DNA of 64,000 nucleotides from Ruditapes philippinarum (Eukaryota): NCBI RefSeq assembly GCF_026571515.1, contig NW_026854006.1, positions 1 to 64,000 of the forward strand, read 5' to 3'. Shown piece by piece: positions 39,201 to 49,561 of this stretch (position 1 is its first letter; each line of letters starts with the position of its first letter). The notes under the pieces were generated by a model. It saw only the letters and a program-made list of their open reading frames with translations, ran no database searches and was not told where the DNA came from. The position numbers and the translations under genes were made by a program.

Positions 39201-42200
39201 TGATGATGAGATGTTAAAACCTGCCGAAGTGTATAGGGGACCTTGTGTAATCAATAATATTTTAACCGTTTGTTATAATAGAAAATGATATATGTTAACT
39301 CTTGAAAAAACCCATGAAACTTACTTTATTCTAAGAAAAGCCGATGGTTTCAAAGAATCAACAAATAATAGATTCATTTTTGCAGTAATTCGCTGGATGA
39401 TGTCACATTTAAAGATATATGAAGCCTTGAGTTACAGTTTTTCACTATGTCTGTTAAAAAGTCAAGGTATTGATACTTGACAACAGCTTCCAAGTGCTTC
39501 TTTAGAAATATTCCTATTGACATAGTGGTAGATTTCTTAATTATCGAGAAATTCTTTCACCCATCTGTTTTACCATTTGCTTCAGGATCCGTTCTCATTT
39601 CTTATCGTTGACGTCTTTTGCAGAATCGTGTTATTCATTCTTCAACGGAACCACGCACAAATATCGAGAGAATACGTCTATAGTGACGAATAAGTATTTG
39701 ATTGACAATTTTCCTTAAGCAAACTGGGTCAATGTCCGCCTTGGGGTCTTTAATTTGTAATGTAATGGCCTTTGTTAACTTTATGCATACACATTTTGCA
39801 AACACTGAATATTTAAAAATTAGCATTCAGTAGAATTCCAGATTACTAAAACAAGTCCATCATCTCTCCTGGGGCAGAACTGTCTTTACCTATCATTATC
39901 ACGTCAATAACATTAAAAAATATTCATTCACCATAAATATTAAAATATCTATATGTTCAGCGCTCCTTTTTAGTTGTTGAATATCTAACATGTTCTTAGT
40001 CTATTGATAAATACATGTCTGGAATTAAAATATATTTCTGAAACATAATGTGCCTTTAAGAAAAACAAGTACAGAGCAATGTCATAAGGAAAGAGAAGAC
40101 ATTGTTGTTTACAGGTATTGCTCCGGAGAGGTTATATTTACGTTAAATCTTACTTTGGGAAGATGAATTGTAAATAATACAAATAAAAAATTGCTTTATA
40201 AAGTGTCTTCTGTAATTTTTGTATGCTTTTAATGCGTACATTCGCAAAGAGAAGTTCATAAAAATAAAAAGGTAGAATAAAAATAAATTAACGAAAACAA
40301 CTAAGAAAATATCAGAAATAGTGAATAGTATACCTTCACGGTTTTTCAACTCTGTCACTTTACATTCTTTCCGATAAATATCACTTTCATGTTCTTCTAT
40401 TTTCATCCGAAGATCGCGCGCCTGTTCTTGTTTCCTTTTTGCTGATATTTCGTTGCCCTGTGCACTGCTTTTACTCACATAAGCTGATGTGCCGTGAACA
40501 ACGGAGTTTGCTCCTGCAAGTCCTAATGCAAGAGTAATGCTTTTTCCTCCTGAAGAAAATTTATCTTGTTTGGTCTTTGTATGCTAAATAACTGAAACAC
40601 GTCCTATGTTGTCTCCTTTTATAATCAATGTAACGAAATACCCGTGCGTTTAAAAGTTAACATATTTTTTTGGTAATTCTAATAGTATATAAAGAAGAAA
40701 TAAGAAACAACAATAGCACTGGAAGTGTAAATAAAATAATTATACATAAATGGGACAAAACTAATTTCATAGCAGTTGATGAAATATTATAAAATTTAAA
40801 TTTAATTTCGTTTAAATCGTGATACCTGTAACAGGTGCGAATGCCAATCCGGTCAGAAGTCCAATTCCACTTCCTACTGTTGCTACAATTGCATGCTCTG
40901 TTGACAATTGATGTGATTCTGCAGCGTATCTTTCTAGCTGTCTTGCATCGCTTTCGTAAGAGTTGGCGTCGTTATAGCATGTCTCAATCTCCATTCTTAA
41001 AGAATTCATTGTTCCCATTGTCTGCGAAATATCAACGCATATCAATTGTCTTTTAGTTTCGTCCTCTTTTTTCCTTCGTCTGCATATTTCAACAACATCA
41101 TGATTACTGGTTTGCGATCTCCGTACATCGTCGGACCATTTGGTTAAGTCTTTTCGGAACTCTATTATGGCCACTTTAAACTTGTCAAAAGTGTTAGCAT
41201 TCGGTCTCCACTTCGACAGCAATTTGGATTTCCTTCTATTAACGGCACGCCATTTAATAAACAAGAGAATGTTGAGCTTTTCTCTTACATTAATCCATTC
41301 CGAGGCTAGCTTTTCTATTTTGGTCTGGACATCTGGCTCATTGAATAATTTCTTTAACAAGAGGTTCAACTTTTGTTGATCCGTCTCAAGTTGCTTAAAG
41401 AGAACCAATTTCTTTTCAATTTCACCAACTGTAATACTAAATAGATTAAGTATCTTCCACTCCCTCAGACCTACATTCCAAGAAAGAACTTCAAACAATT
41501 CCTCTTCATTCCAGGCAAAATTTAAAGAACATAACTTGATCGGTGAAACTGTTTTACGTTGCGTTTTTTTTTTTTTTTTTGGGGGGGGGGGGGTGGGGGT
41601 TATTTTTTATCAATTAGAATTATGAATTCATGTCATTACTCGAGTAATTATTAAAAGACATAAATTTGTAAGCCTACTCAGTCGACTTGGAACCCATGAA
41701 ATATTTTCAATCCTGAGTGGCATTTATTAAGCCGGTTCGAAATTGACTGACATTTAACCTTCAATATGCCGAGGCTCGCATAATAAAATTTCTTCACTTT
41801 TGACCTACATTCCACGAAAAGAAAACTTCATTACTTTAGACAAATATTTATTATAGGCAAAATATACACATATACTACAAGAACATTACGTGATGGGTGG
41901 TATTAGTTTTCGTTGCATTTTTTTCCATAAGCTATTTTGTAATTAAAGCCATGAACTGTGAAATAAATTCTTACATTATTCTTTTTAATGACAAGAAATG
42001 TCTTAGTAACTTAATTAAGAACCGTTTAAAAATAATTTTAGGTCGCCATCAAGGCTATTAATTTTAGGTCGCATGGACGCTAGGCCACCGCTAGGTCGCC
42101 AAGCAACCCGTCTGCCATATTCACTGAGCTCACTCAGCTCAGCCGCTAGGGCGCCAGGTCGCCAACATTATGCCGTTTATTCGCCAACTTCAAAGACCTT

Positions 42201-42345
42201 TCTACCTGTTGATTGATTTTTACAAAGATATACTACGAACAAAACTGTTAATTAAAATTATAATACACATAAGAGATACACACGCTGGATTTGCATATTA
42301 TGTAAGTGTTTAGACTCACCAATCTTAAACTGTATCTTTCGTAAC
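27142..42345 (-). CDS. Gene A: ~397-aa helical protein with APOL-like / alpha-PFT-like hydrophobic hairpin (multi-exon)
   Basis: Exons 42320-42345, 40826-41428, 40334-40549, 36055-36149, 35526-35690 and 27142-27228 are all GT-AG and phase-consistent (2/1/1/1/0/0), giving one stop-free frame ending in TGA. Central segment: AIVATVGSGIGLLTGLAFAPVTGGKSITLALGLAGANSVVHGTSAYVS. Confidence 0.8.
29380..29650 (-). mobile_element. Possible degenerate MULE transposase fragment
   Basis: NALRSDLFRDYNIR...TNCIW...MYIRNCWTIGFLAVSLILVN weakly resembles the MULE segment NAL..FP....GC.FH.Q.IW...IR..ALAFLP; key residues are decayed. Confidence 0.3.
31275..32230 (+). mobile_element. 3' fragment of L2/CR1-group LINE with (TTA)n tail
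   Basis: ORF 31337-31882 (NANKTKVM, EKLLGISINNTLSW, FYNAYTLPHLDYCC, QKRAARLVL); AATAAA near 32195 then TTA repeats to 32230. Confidence 0.9.
34390..35395 (+). mobile_element. Non-autonomous mariner-type element with long TIRs
   Basis: TA-flanked TIR cgagggttgtccaaaa(a/t)attcgtgcactgcagtta; inverted similarity extends ~200 bp; HTH N-terminus KRLEIRTIIKFGANIGKTPTDTYREL...RLVFKWHKRF. Confidence 0.9.
35526..35690 (-). CDS. Gene A exon (DVEAVLLEIELNGEMLSVILCAWKRDRKKGFFRNLFGWKPKYLNEKEKDLKLKIK)
   Basis: Acceptor tgctttcag, donor AAG|gttgta, 165 nt, phase 0 to 0. Confidence 0.75.
36055..36149 (-). CDS. Gene A exon (DDLEETISIIRDVESLFYTFIDYIEERLVNIQ)
   Basis: Acceptor tatcatgcag, donor CAG|gtatca, 95 nt, phase 1 to 0. 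Confidence 0.8.
36585..36860. mobile_element. MITE of the same family as the 20340-24527 element
   Basis: aaattgtggtgtacataaaaacgagcggacggtatttc pairs with gaaatgccgttcgctcgtttttccgtacaccataattt; shares the cggaaggccga motif. Confidence 0.75.
37428..38328 (-). mobile_element. Internally deleted mariner transposon (SETMAR/Hsmar-like transposase remnant)
   Basis: TA-flanked imperfect TIRs; SPSYSTLRKWAAEF.RGRE..DDERPGRP, KVSARWVP, IVTQEETWVHHFD, then a jump to the C-terminal FYFEGLNKLEHRWAKCIDVEGDYIEK; most of the catalytic core is missing. Confidence 0.95.
39365..39760 (-). mobile_element. Degenerate Polinton/Maverick-type (retroviral-like, rve) integrase fragment
   Basis: Frameshifted motifs in the expected order: IKYLFVTIDVFSRYLCVVPLKN, MRTDP, NRWVKEFLDN*EIYHYV, KYQYLDFLTDIVKNCNSRLH. 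Confidence 0.75.
40334..40549 (-). CDS. Gene A exon (second half of hairpin plus coiled coil, GKSITLALGLAGANSVVHGTSAY...KVTELKNRE)
   Basis: Acceptor ttttcttcag, donor G|gtatac, 216 nt, phase 1 to 1. Confidence 0.9.
40826..41428 (-). CDS. Gene A large exon (VGEIEKKL...GLLTGLAFAPVTG)
   Basis: Lies inside ORF 40812-41498, the longest ORF in the track; acceptor tagtattacag, donor G|gtatca, 603 nt, phase 1 to 1. Confidence 0.9.
42320..42345 (-). CDS. Gene A 26-nt micro-exon (LRKIQFKI)
   Basis: tttttataaag|...ATTG|gtgagt consensus donor; phase 1 end fits the next exon. Confidence 0.5.
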
Positions 42346-43089
42346 CTTTATAAAAATATGCTATTTTTTACATATGAATGTCACTTTGAATTATTCAGAT
42401 TGAGATAAAGCATAAACACCTTGTTTAAATTTACATTTCACTCAGTAAAATGACATATGCTAAGTACAGATTTAATCTTCAGACTTCTAAGTGTAATGTA
42501 TTTTAAAACAAAAGAGCATTGATTGTCCTTTTATTCCTGAATGGATTAAAGATTACTTGACAGAAATGCGTGAAATATGATGCTGACGTGTCGCATGTTA
42601 GTTGGCGTTCCAGCCACACTTGCTCGCGTCTAAACGTATGACACATTTATTTTAAATTAAAAGTGCAGCGAATACGATTGACATGAAACTGTGTAGAGCT
42701 CAAGATTCTTATATAGCGCAAAAAAGTTCATGTCGCGCTCATATCTCCAAAGAAATGATGTAAATTTTCATAAAATGAATATATAGAATGTCTTCTAATG
42801 GAACGTTATGTTCGATTATCTTTTTTCAAACTTATAACTTTAAACTTTTTTACCAATATAATTTGCTTTTTAATATATTGTTAAACGCATTTATAATAAA
42901 CATTGATTGGTGCTTTGTTATCCTTTCCGAATATGTATTATAATTCACTACTCATTAGCTTTTGCAGCATTCATTTAAGTTATCACTAAATTAAAAAAGA
43001 CATACCGGGAATCACAGATGGACAGTTTGGAACAAAAGATCCACCGCATAACTAGGGGATATGGAGTGGTATACGTCGTATTTCTAAAT

Positions 43090-44520
43090 TCAAACATATC
43101 AGATGAAGAAAAGACAATGTCATTTAAGGTCAAAGTCATTAGAATAATTCAACATGTCGGTTTTGTCATATTAAGTAGACTTTTGTCCAAGAATGAATCA
43201 AATCCAGAAAAGAAAAAAATAACAAAGTTATAACAATTCAGGAAAATTTCAATAATTTGAGCTTCACTGTCAAATTCAATATCAATAAAAGGTCTAGGTC
43301 AAATGAAAATAATTCAACGTGTCGGTTTTGTCATATTTGTTCTTTTCTTGCAAGTATGAATAAAATCTATGTACATTTGTATACGTAAATAACAAAGTTA
43401 TGACAATTACAGAAAATTTCTATAATTTGATCTTCATGGCGAAAATCAATTAAAGATGAAAGTCACATCAGAAGAATTAAACTAGTTTGATCACATGTGT
43501 CCTTTGTGCAAGACTGAATCAAATCAGGAAGTAAATAACTTATGATAATTTAAGCAAATATCAATAATTTGACCTTAAAGGTCAAGATTATTAAAGGTCA
43601 ATATCATAACAGAATAACTTAACATGTCAGTTTTATCATATGTGTTCTTTTGTTCAAGTATGAATCAAAGATGTAAATAAAGTTATGACACTTTGAGGAA
43701 ATTTCAATAATTTGAACTTTCCGATCAAGATCAAATAAAGATCAAGATCATATTTGAATTATTCAACATAAGGATTCCTTAACCAAGTATTAATCAAATC
43801 CATAAAGAAATACAGTTATGGCCAATAGTAGCAAAATTTACTGATTTGACCTTCAGCGTCAAGGTCAGGTTAAGGTCAAGTTCAATAAAATCGTTCCAAA
43901 ATTGTTGTGTACTAGAATGAAGACAATACGTTTGTAACTTCCAAAATTTTAACCAATTAAAGCAAAAAAAAAAACAACAAAAAAACAACAACAAACAAAA
44001 ATATAGAAATAAAAAAACAACAACAACAAAAAACAACAACAACTAAAATTTAATCTTGAAGGTCCAAGTCAAGGTTACCTACATGTCTAGGTTGAATTGT
44101 TTGATCTTTTAGGACCTTGTCCTTAGGGTTGTTGTGCTTAAGTATGAAGATAATCCATCCATAAACAAACAATTATCATAGTATTGCAAGCAAGCCATAA
44201 GTCCTTCATCGGTATTCTGAAGGGCTATTTGCCATTCAATGATGCAATTGAATTAATGAATGATATAAATGAACGTAAATCTTTTGAGTTCTTAGTTTGT
44301 CTGTATCACAGTAAAGTGTTAAGTGTCCCTGCATTGTAAAGACATTATGTTTGTACAACAGATAATCGAAATATCCAATTTCTATAGGATGAATATGTAT
44401 AACTAATGTTTCAACTTTTCTATATTTTAAGTAGATTTGTTGGAAAAGTTCCAAGTTCTTTAAAATTGATATTAGAAAACAGTTTTTAGGAACGGACAGA
44501 CAGACGGACTGAAAGACACT
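43090..44520. repeat. Diverged AGGTCA-rich tandem array with GACA/GACG microsatellite (HINE-type)
   Basis: Recurring units containing ataattcaacatgtcggttttgtcat, aaagttatgacaatt and tttcaataatttgacctt from about 43090 to 43900; cggacagacagacggac near 44493. Confidence 0.65.
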
Positions 44521-46381
44521 CTGCAGGTAAAATTTTAAACATCTCTGGTTATTACCAAAATATAGCATTTTTTAAAAGCAAAACTCTTAAAGAGGAAATA
44601 AATCTTGAAATAAAGATGCTAGACTGATGGATATTGTCATACATGATGTGAGTGTAACAAAGAACATATCAAGTTCAAAATGGAAATACTCATGGAAACC
44701 CATGGTTTATAAATCTAATCACATATATGATGTTGGTGTATGATGTTTATGAAGTTTGAAGTAGATACATTAAGAAATAAATAAGTTATGAATTTATTTT
44801 TTCATGAAAATTCTAAGTTCAAGAGAAGTAATTCCAATATTATTGCTGTAAACCATGTTAGTAACATTCATTCATCTTAAATGTGTATACATTATTGGGT
44901 CCTAAGAATCAGATCTTTGCAGCAAACCATTGTCCATTTCTATTGTCATAAACCGAACTCAATTTCTGTTTATTTCACCGTAAAAAAGAACATTTACATC
45001 ATATATCACTATATAAAGTTTTTTTCAACTGTTTTATTTTATTGAGTATAGAAATAAATTGCATATCTATGCAAACATGACATATATTATTTATTACACG
45101 TAGTCTCGTCTATACATGTAAAACATATACAACGAGAACAATGTTTAGCCATATGAGACACGTCATGTTCCAATTCTTTTATTCCCTGCGGTCTGGAAAC
45201 CGCAGGGTATTGGTACGCGTTTAACTTTTGAGGCATGGAGGAGCACGTGACCTGTTTTCGGTACATGGAGGAGCATGTGATCTGTAAACCGTATATGATT
45301 GGTTAATTGACCTTTTCGAAAACCCAGCTAAATACCGTTTGCCGGTACGTTACGGATTTACCTGTAGGAAATTAGTCCGAATTACACTTAATTGAGAACG
45401 TCATATTTCTAATTTTCTATAATTATTTTACCGTTTAAGGTGGAAAACCTTGAATGATGTCTTTGAAAATTATCAATGTTTCTTCAATATCTATCTCAAA
45501 TTTTACAAACAATAAATTGTTTATACTGAAAATCTACAAAATTAAAATATTCGTAGTGGCATCTGCCATAATAAATAGAGATATTTTCTGCGTAAACTTG
45601 TGTGTTTACTTTATTTATTTTTTGCTCGGAATTATTCATAAAATGGTAGGCCTATTTAATCATTTTCTTAAAAAGAAATAATTGTTTTATGTTCGACCTT
45701 CTCCGGTCTTCAACGGTCACATACAGTTTCCAAAGACCTTCTTCTATATTGTTCGATTATTGTCAACTATGTTCCTGTTACAAACGTTTATTTATCCCCC
45801 CCCCCCCCCCCAAATAATGTTGAAAATAGTTAAATGAAATATCTTTATATCATTAAAATGTTCACCGCAGGAAACCATTTTACTTGTTTGAACTGGCTTT
45901 AGATAACGAGTTGACGAGTATTTTTATACCAACATGTTTTTATGTGCGCAAGTCATTTAACTACGTAATGAAGTAACAGTGACATGATACGCATTTAGGA
46001 CCTTAATAATCGGGCGATACAATATTTTAGCTGCGAATACTATAACTTACTGTTACACTCAAACATTTAAGCTTTTATGTTTGTATTATCATCGTACGAC
46101 TGTTATAGATCATTTTAAATCATATTTATCTTGATATCTCATATTAAGTTATGATGAAAAAAAAGAAAAAAGAAAAGAAAAAAAGAACAGAAAGGAAAAA
46201 ATGTTTAAATAAGGTATTAATACCCGCCTGGATTACAATAGAGACGCCTGGCTATGTTTTGTACTTTTAAAATAGTGTATACGTTATACTTCTGTTACAT
46301 TCAATACATGCACTTGATATTATGCTAAAGACAATAGTAGTACAATAGTACAATACAACTAAATGACATTTCATTGCTTAC

Positions 46382-46396
46382 ATATCACTTTAATCT
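46382..46396 (-). other. Candidate gene A first exon end carrying the split start codon AT|G
   Basis: ...AGTGATAT|gtaagc consensus donor; joining to the G at 42345 makes ATG in frame; in-frame TAA just upstream. Confidence 0.35.
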
Positions 46397-47616
46397 CTGG
46401 TTATAGCACAAAATTATATTTAACATAGGTCTCGAGACTTGGCCAAATACCTGAACTCGGCTTATACTCAAACAAGCCGACGTTCGCCCATGGATATCAT
46501 CATTTTTTTGTTAAGTTTTGGATAAAATCAATTTATTTTGATAACATTATATGAATTTATATATTAAAGATACATGTATGTAAACAAAAAAATAATCACA
46601 TAAGAATTGTTACTTAAATTGGATACAGATATAAAAAAGATAAAAAAGTGACTTCATATGCAAGTACATTTATTTACTAAAATTACAAACATGTTTCGAA
46701 TAGGCAGTATTCTTTATTTGTGTTATAAAACAAATATTAAACATTTAACATGGTGTAAATTAATACTCTTCATCATTCTACTCAATATTTCAGTGTATAT
46801 ATATTAAAAATAACAATACATAGATTTATAATGCGCGGGAATTAATTTTTAGAGACCCGTGGGAGGCTAATTAATTTGACGCAAATCTTGCGTGCTGTTA
46901 GTATTGACGTTATCACTGTTGTACAGCATTCACTGGAGATAGCCCCTCAAAACACCCCGAAGGTAAACATCGAGTTCACACAAGGAATTGTTTCAACTTA
47001 TTTTTCCATCATAAATTAATCGATTTTTCAAAACTAAATTATTCTGTTAAGCTAAATATGTCTGGTTTTAGAGCAGTATTTGCTTTTTCTGCAAATTGAA
47101 TTGATTTCTTAAAAACGGCCTTTCCTTGTGAACAGAGTATTGCACAGTTGTTTACGGGGTGTAGATGGCAAAACTGTCAGGGGTGTAGTAGGTAAACATA
47201 CCCATTTTCTGCAAAAACTAAACTAAAGTACCAGAACATATAAGCACGCTGGTGAGAGAGTAACGATCGATCCCGGGAGCAGGGATCGTAAAGTGAAACT
47301 TTTAAATATAAAATAAAGAGAAAAATAATTTTTGTTCTTTTTCTCAAATTATAAAAATTGTCATATATTTAACCAAGCTGCTTGTATTATAAATGCATCA
47401 TTCCTTATATCATAAAATAGTTTAGAACAGAACAGAAGTTTATTCAACAAAATTGACTTGAACACATCGGTTCATCGTCATTCACATATACAAGTACAAG
47501 TAAATGCATGTAATATAGCGAGAATGAATATAATATAATACTATCAATTATTTACTTTACATATCATATATACATGTGTACAAATGCAGTACCAAAAAAA
47601 CAGAGAATATCAGCAT

Positions 47617-49561
47617 TAGGGTTGGACACCGGTTCCCGGTATCGGTCCTATACCGAATAGTAACTTCGTAAATTACCGGTATATACCGTTTCGTAAAATA
47701 CCGGTACTGGATTTGATACTTTTGTAATTTTGTAAAGAAAATAATTTAATAGTCAATATGTCAAAAAAAATAAGAAGATTTTTAAATAAAAACAGCCTAC
47801 AAACACGTAAAACAAACTATGAATTACTATTATCATGCGGCGAGTACGGCTTTCGCGGCAAAGTTGAAGTTTGTGACGCGGCGATATTTTTGTAAAAGTA
47901 TTGTGCTCTTTATGTTCAAGATAATAATATTTTTTGTACTCGGGAGGAAAATATAATAATTTAAACTGATTTTGGTAAAAGTTTGTAAGTTTTAAATGTC
48001 AAAGAAACAACGAGAAAACAAATCAAAACTTGAGTGATCATCGGCACATCGCACACAGTCCTTCCAAATACAATCGCACACAGCTTTTGCCGTAATGACA
48101 ATGTTAATTCAACATATGACAATTGTTTATTCAAACAATGCTTTTAAAAAATAATTAAATCCTTTTTTCAGTTTAGTCTCTAAAACACTCATAATTAATG
48201 CATATTTAATGTTTCCAGGTTCTTTTCATCCATTACCACATGTACAAATCCCACACGTCAATTACGATTTGAACATAAATGAGGCCGAAATATTCCAACA
48301 AAAATATGCCTCCTTTTTTTGGTGTAACACTGAACTATTATTAAACATGTATACATTTTCTTAACAAAAGAATGCTGACAGAACTTCAATCAAAAAAAGT
48401 GTGAATGTTCGGCGGCTCTTTGATGGTGATAAAGTAACAACATCAAAGGGAGGCATATTCTTTTGAATAAGCCTATTATGCACCTGTCAAAGGTCAACTT
48501 GTGTGTATTACACATTTAGATCTGTGATACTTTAAACAACTGAAACATATTTCATATAGTGTTTTGTAGGATTTTTTTGCAAAAATGTTGCTAGTACTTT
48601 TGCGTTTTTTGAGGCAGGTTATGGAATTATGGCAATTTGGTAAGGACAATACCCTTTTTCTGTTAGCAAGATGTTCAACGGTGCATGCTATTGAAAAAAT
48701 TAAAAAAAGATGTTTAAAATTGAAAGGTAAATTCAATATTAATAAATACCAAATCCTTATTATTTGTAAAGCATTAGGTATTTGCTTTATGACTTCTACA
48801 AGGACTAATATTAGGTTAACATGAAAATGGAAACAGTCTGTGCTAACTGTGCATATACATGCATTTCAAAAAATTTTCTAAGTTAATTACGGTGGAAAAT
48901 ATGTTTGTGCTGTTGTAGTAGAACAGACTGGAAAACATAAGTGACTTTGAAAAAAAAAACATCTTACGAAATTAAAAAAATCTTACATGTAATTCCAAAT
49001 TGCAAAGTGAGCCAACCAATCCTGTGATTTTCATTTATTACAGTAAACAATAATGTGATTTAAAAAAAGAATATTCAAGCATCAGAATAAAATTTCTACA
49101 CAGTAATAATAATAGCTGTAAAAAATAATAGATAACCAACTGTCTTAAATTCTTTCAGATTTAGAGATATCAAGATTAAAACAATAATTTGTAGACTTCT
49201 CAGCTGCAGACCGCTGTCCTGCATAAGATAGTTGTCTGTGTATAAACTATGTCATGTTCTTTTTGATGGAAAAAGTTAAAAGTATTTTACAATTAACATG
49301 TGTAAATGGTTGTAAAAAAGAGTAAACACAAAACAACAAAAGAAAAGTATATTTTAACAGCATGAAATTTCAGAAAGACCAGTAATGTAAACATATTTAT
49401 TTTCTTAGCACTACATGTTATATCTCTTCAGTTTTTACACTTGCAGCAACGGGTTTGGTATTGTAAAAGTATCAGTATCAGTATCGATAAAATACCCGTA
49501 TCGTTTCGTCAGTACCGGTATCGGTATCGGACCGTTTCGTGAAGAACGATATCCAACCCTA
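47617..49561. mobile_element. Non-autonomous hAT element
   Basis: TIR TAGGGTTGGA / TCCAACCCTA; perfect 8-bp TSD atcagcat at 47609-47616 and 49562-49569; subterminal taccg/cggta repeats. Confidence 0.9.

Noticed and set aside
43794-44042. Hydrophobic ORF MLLFFVVVVFLFLYF
   Set aside because: Translation of a (CAA)n/A-rich simple repeat.
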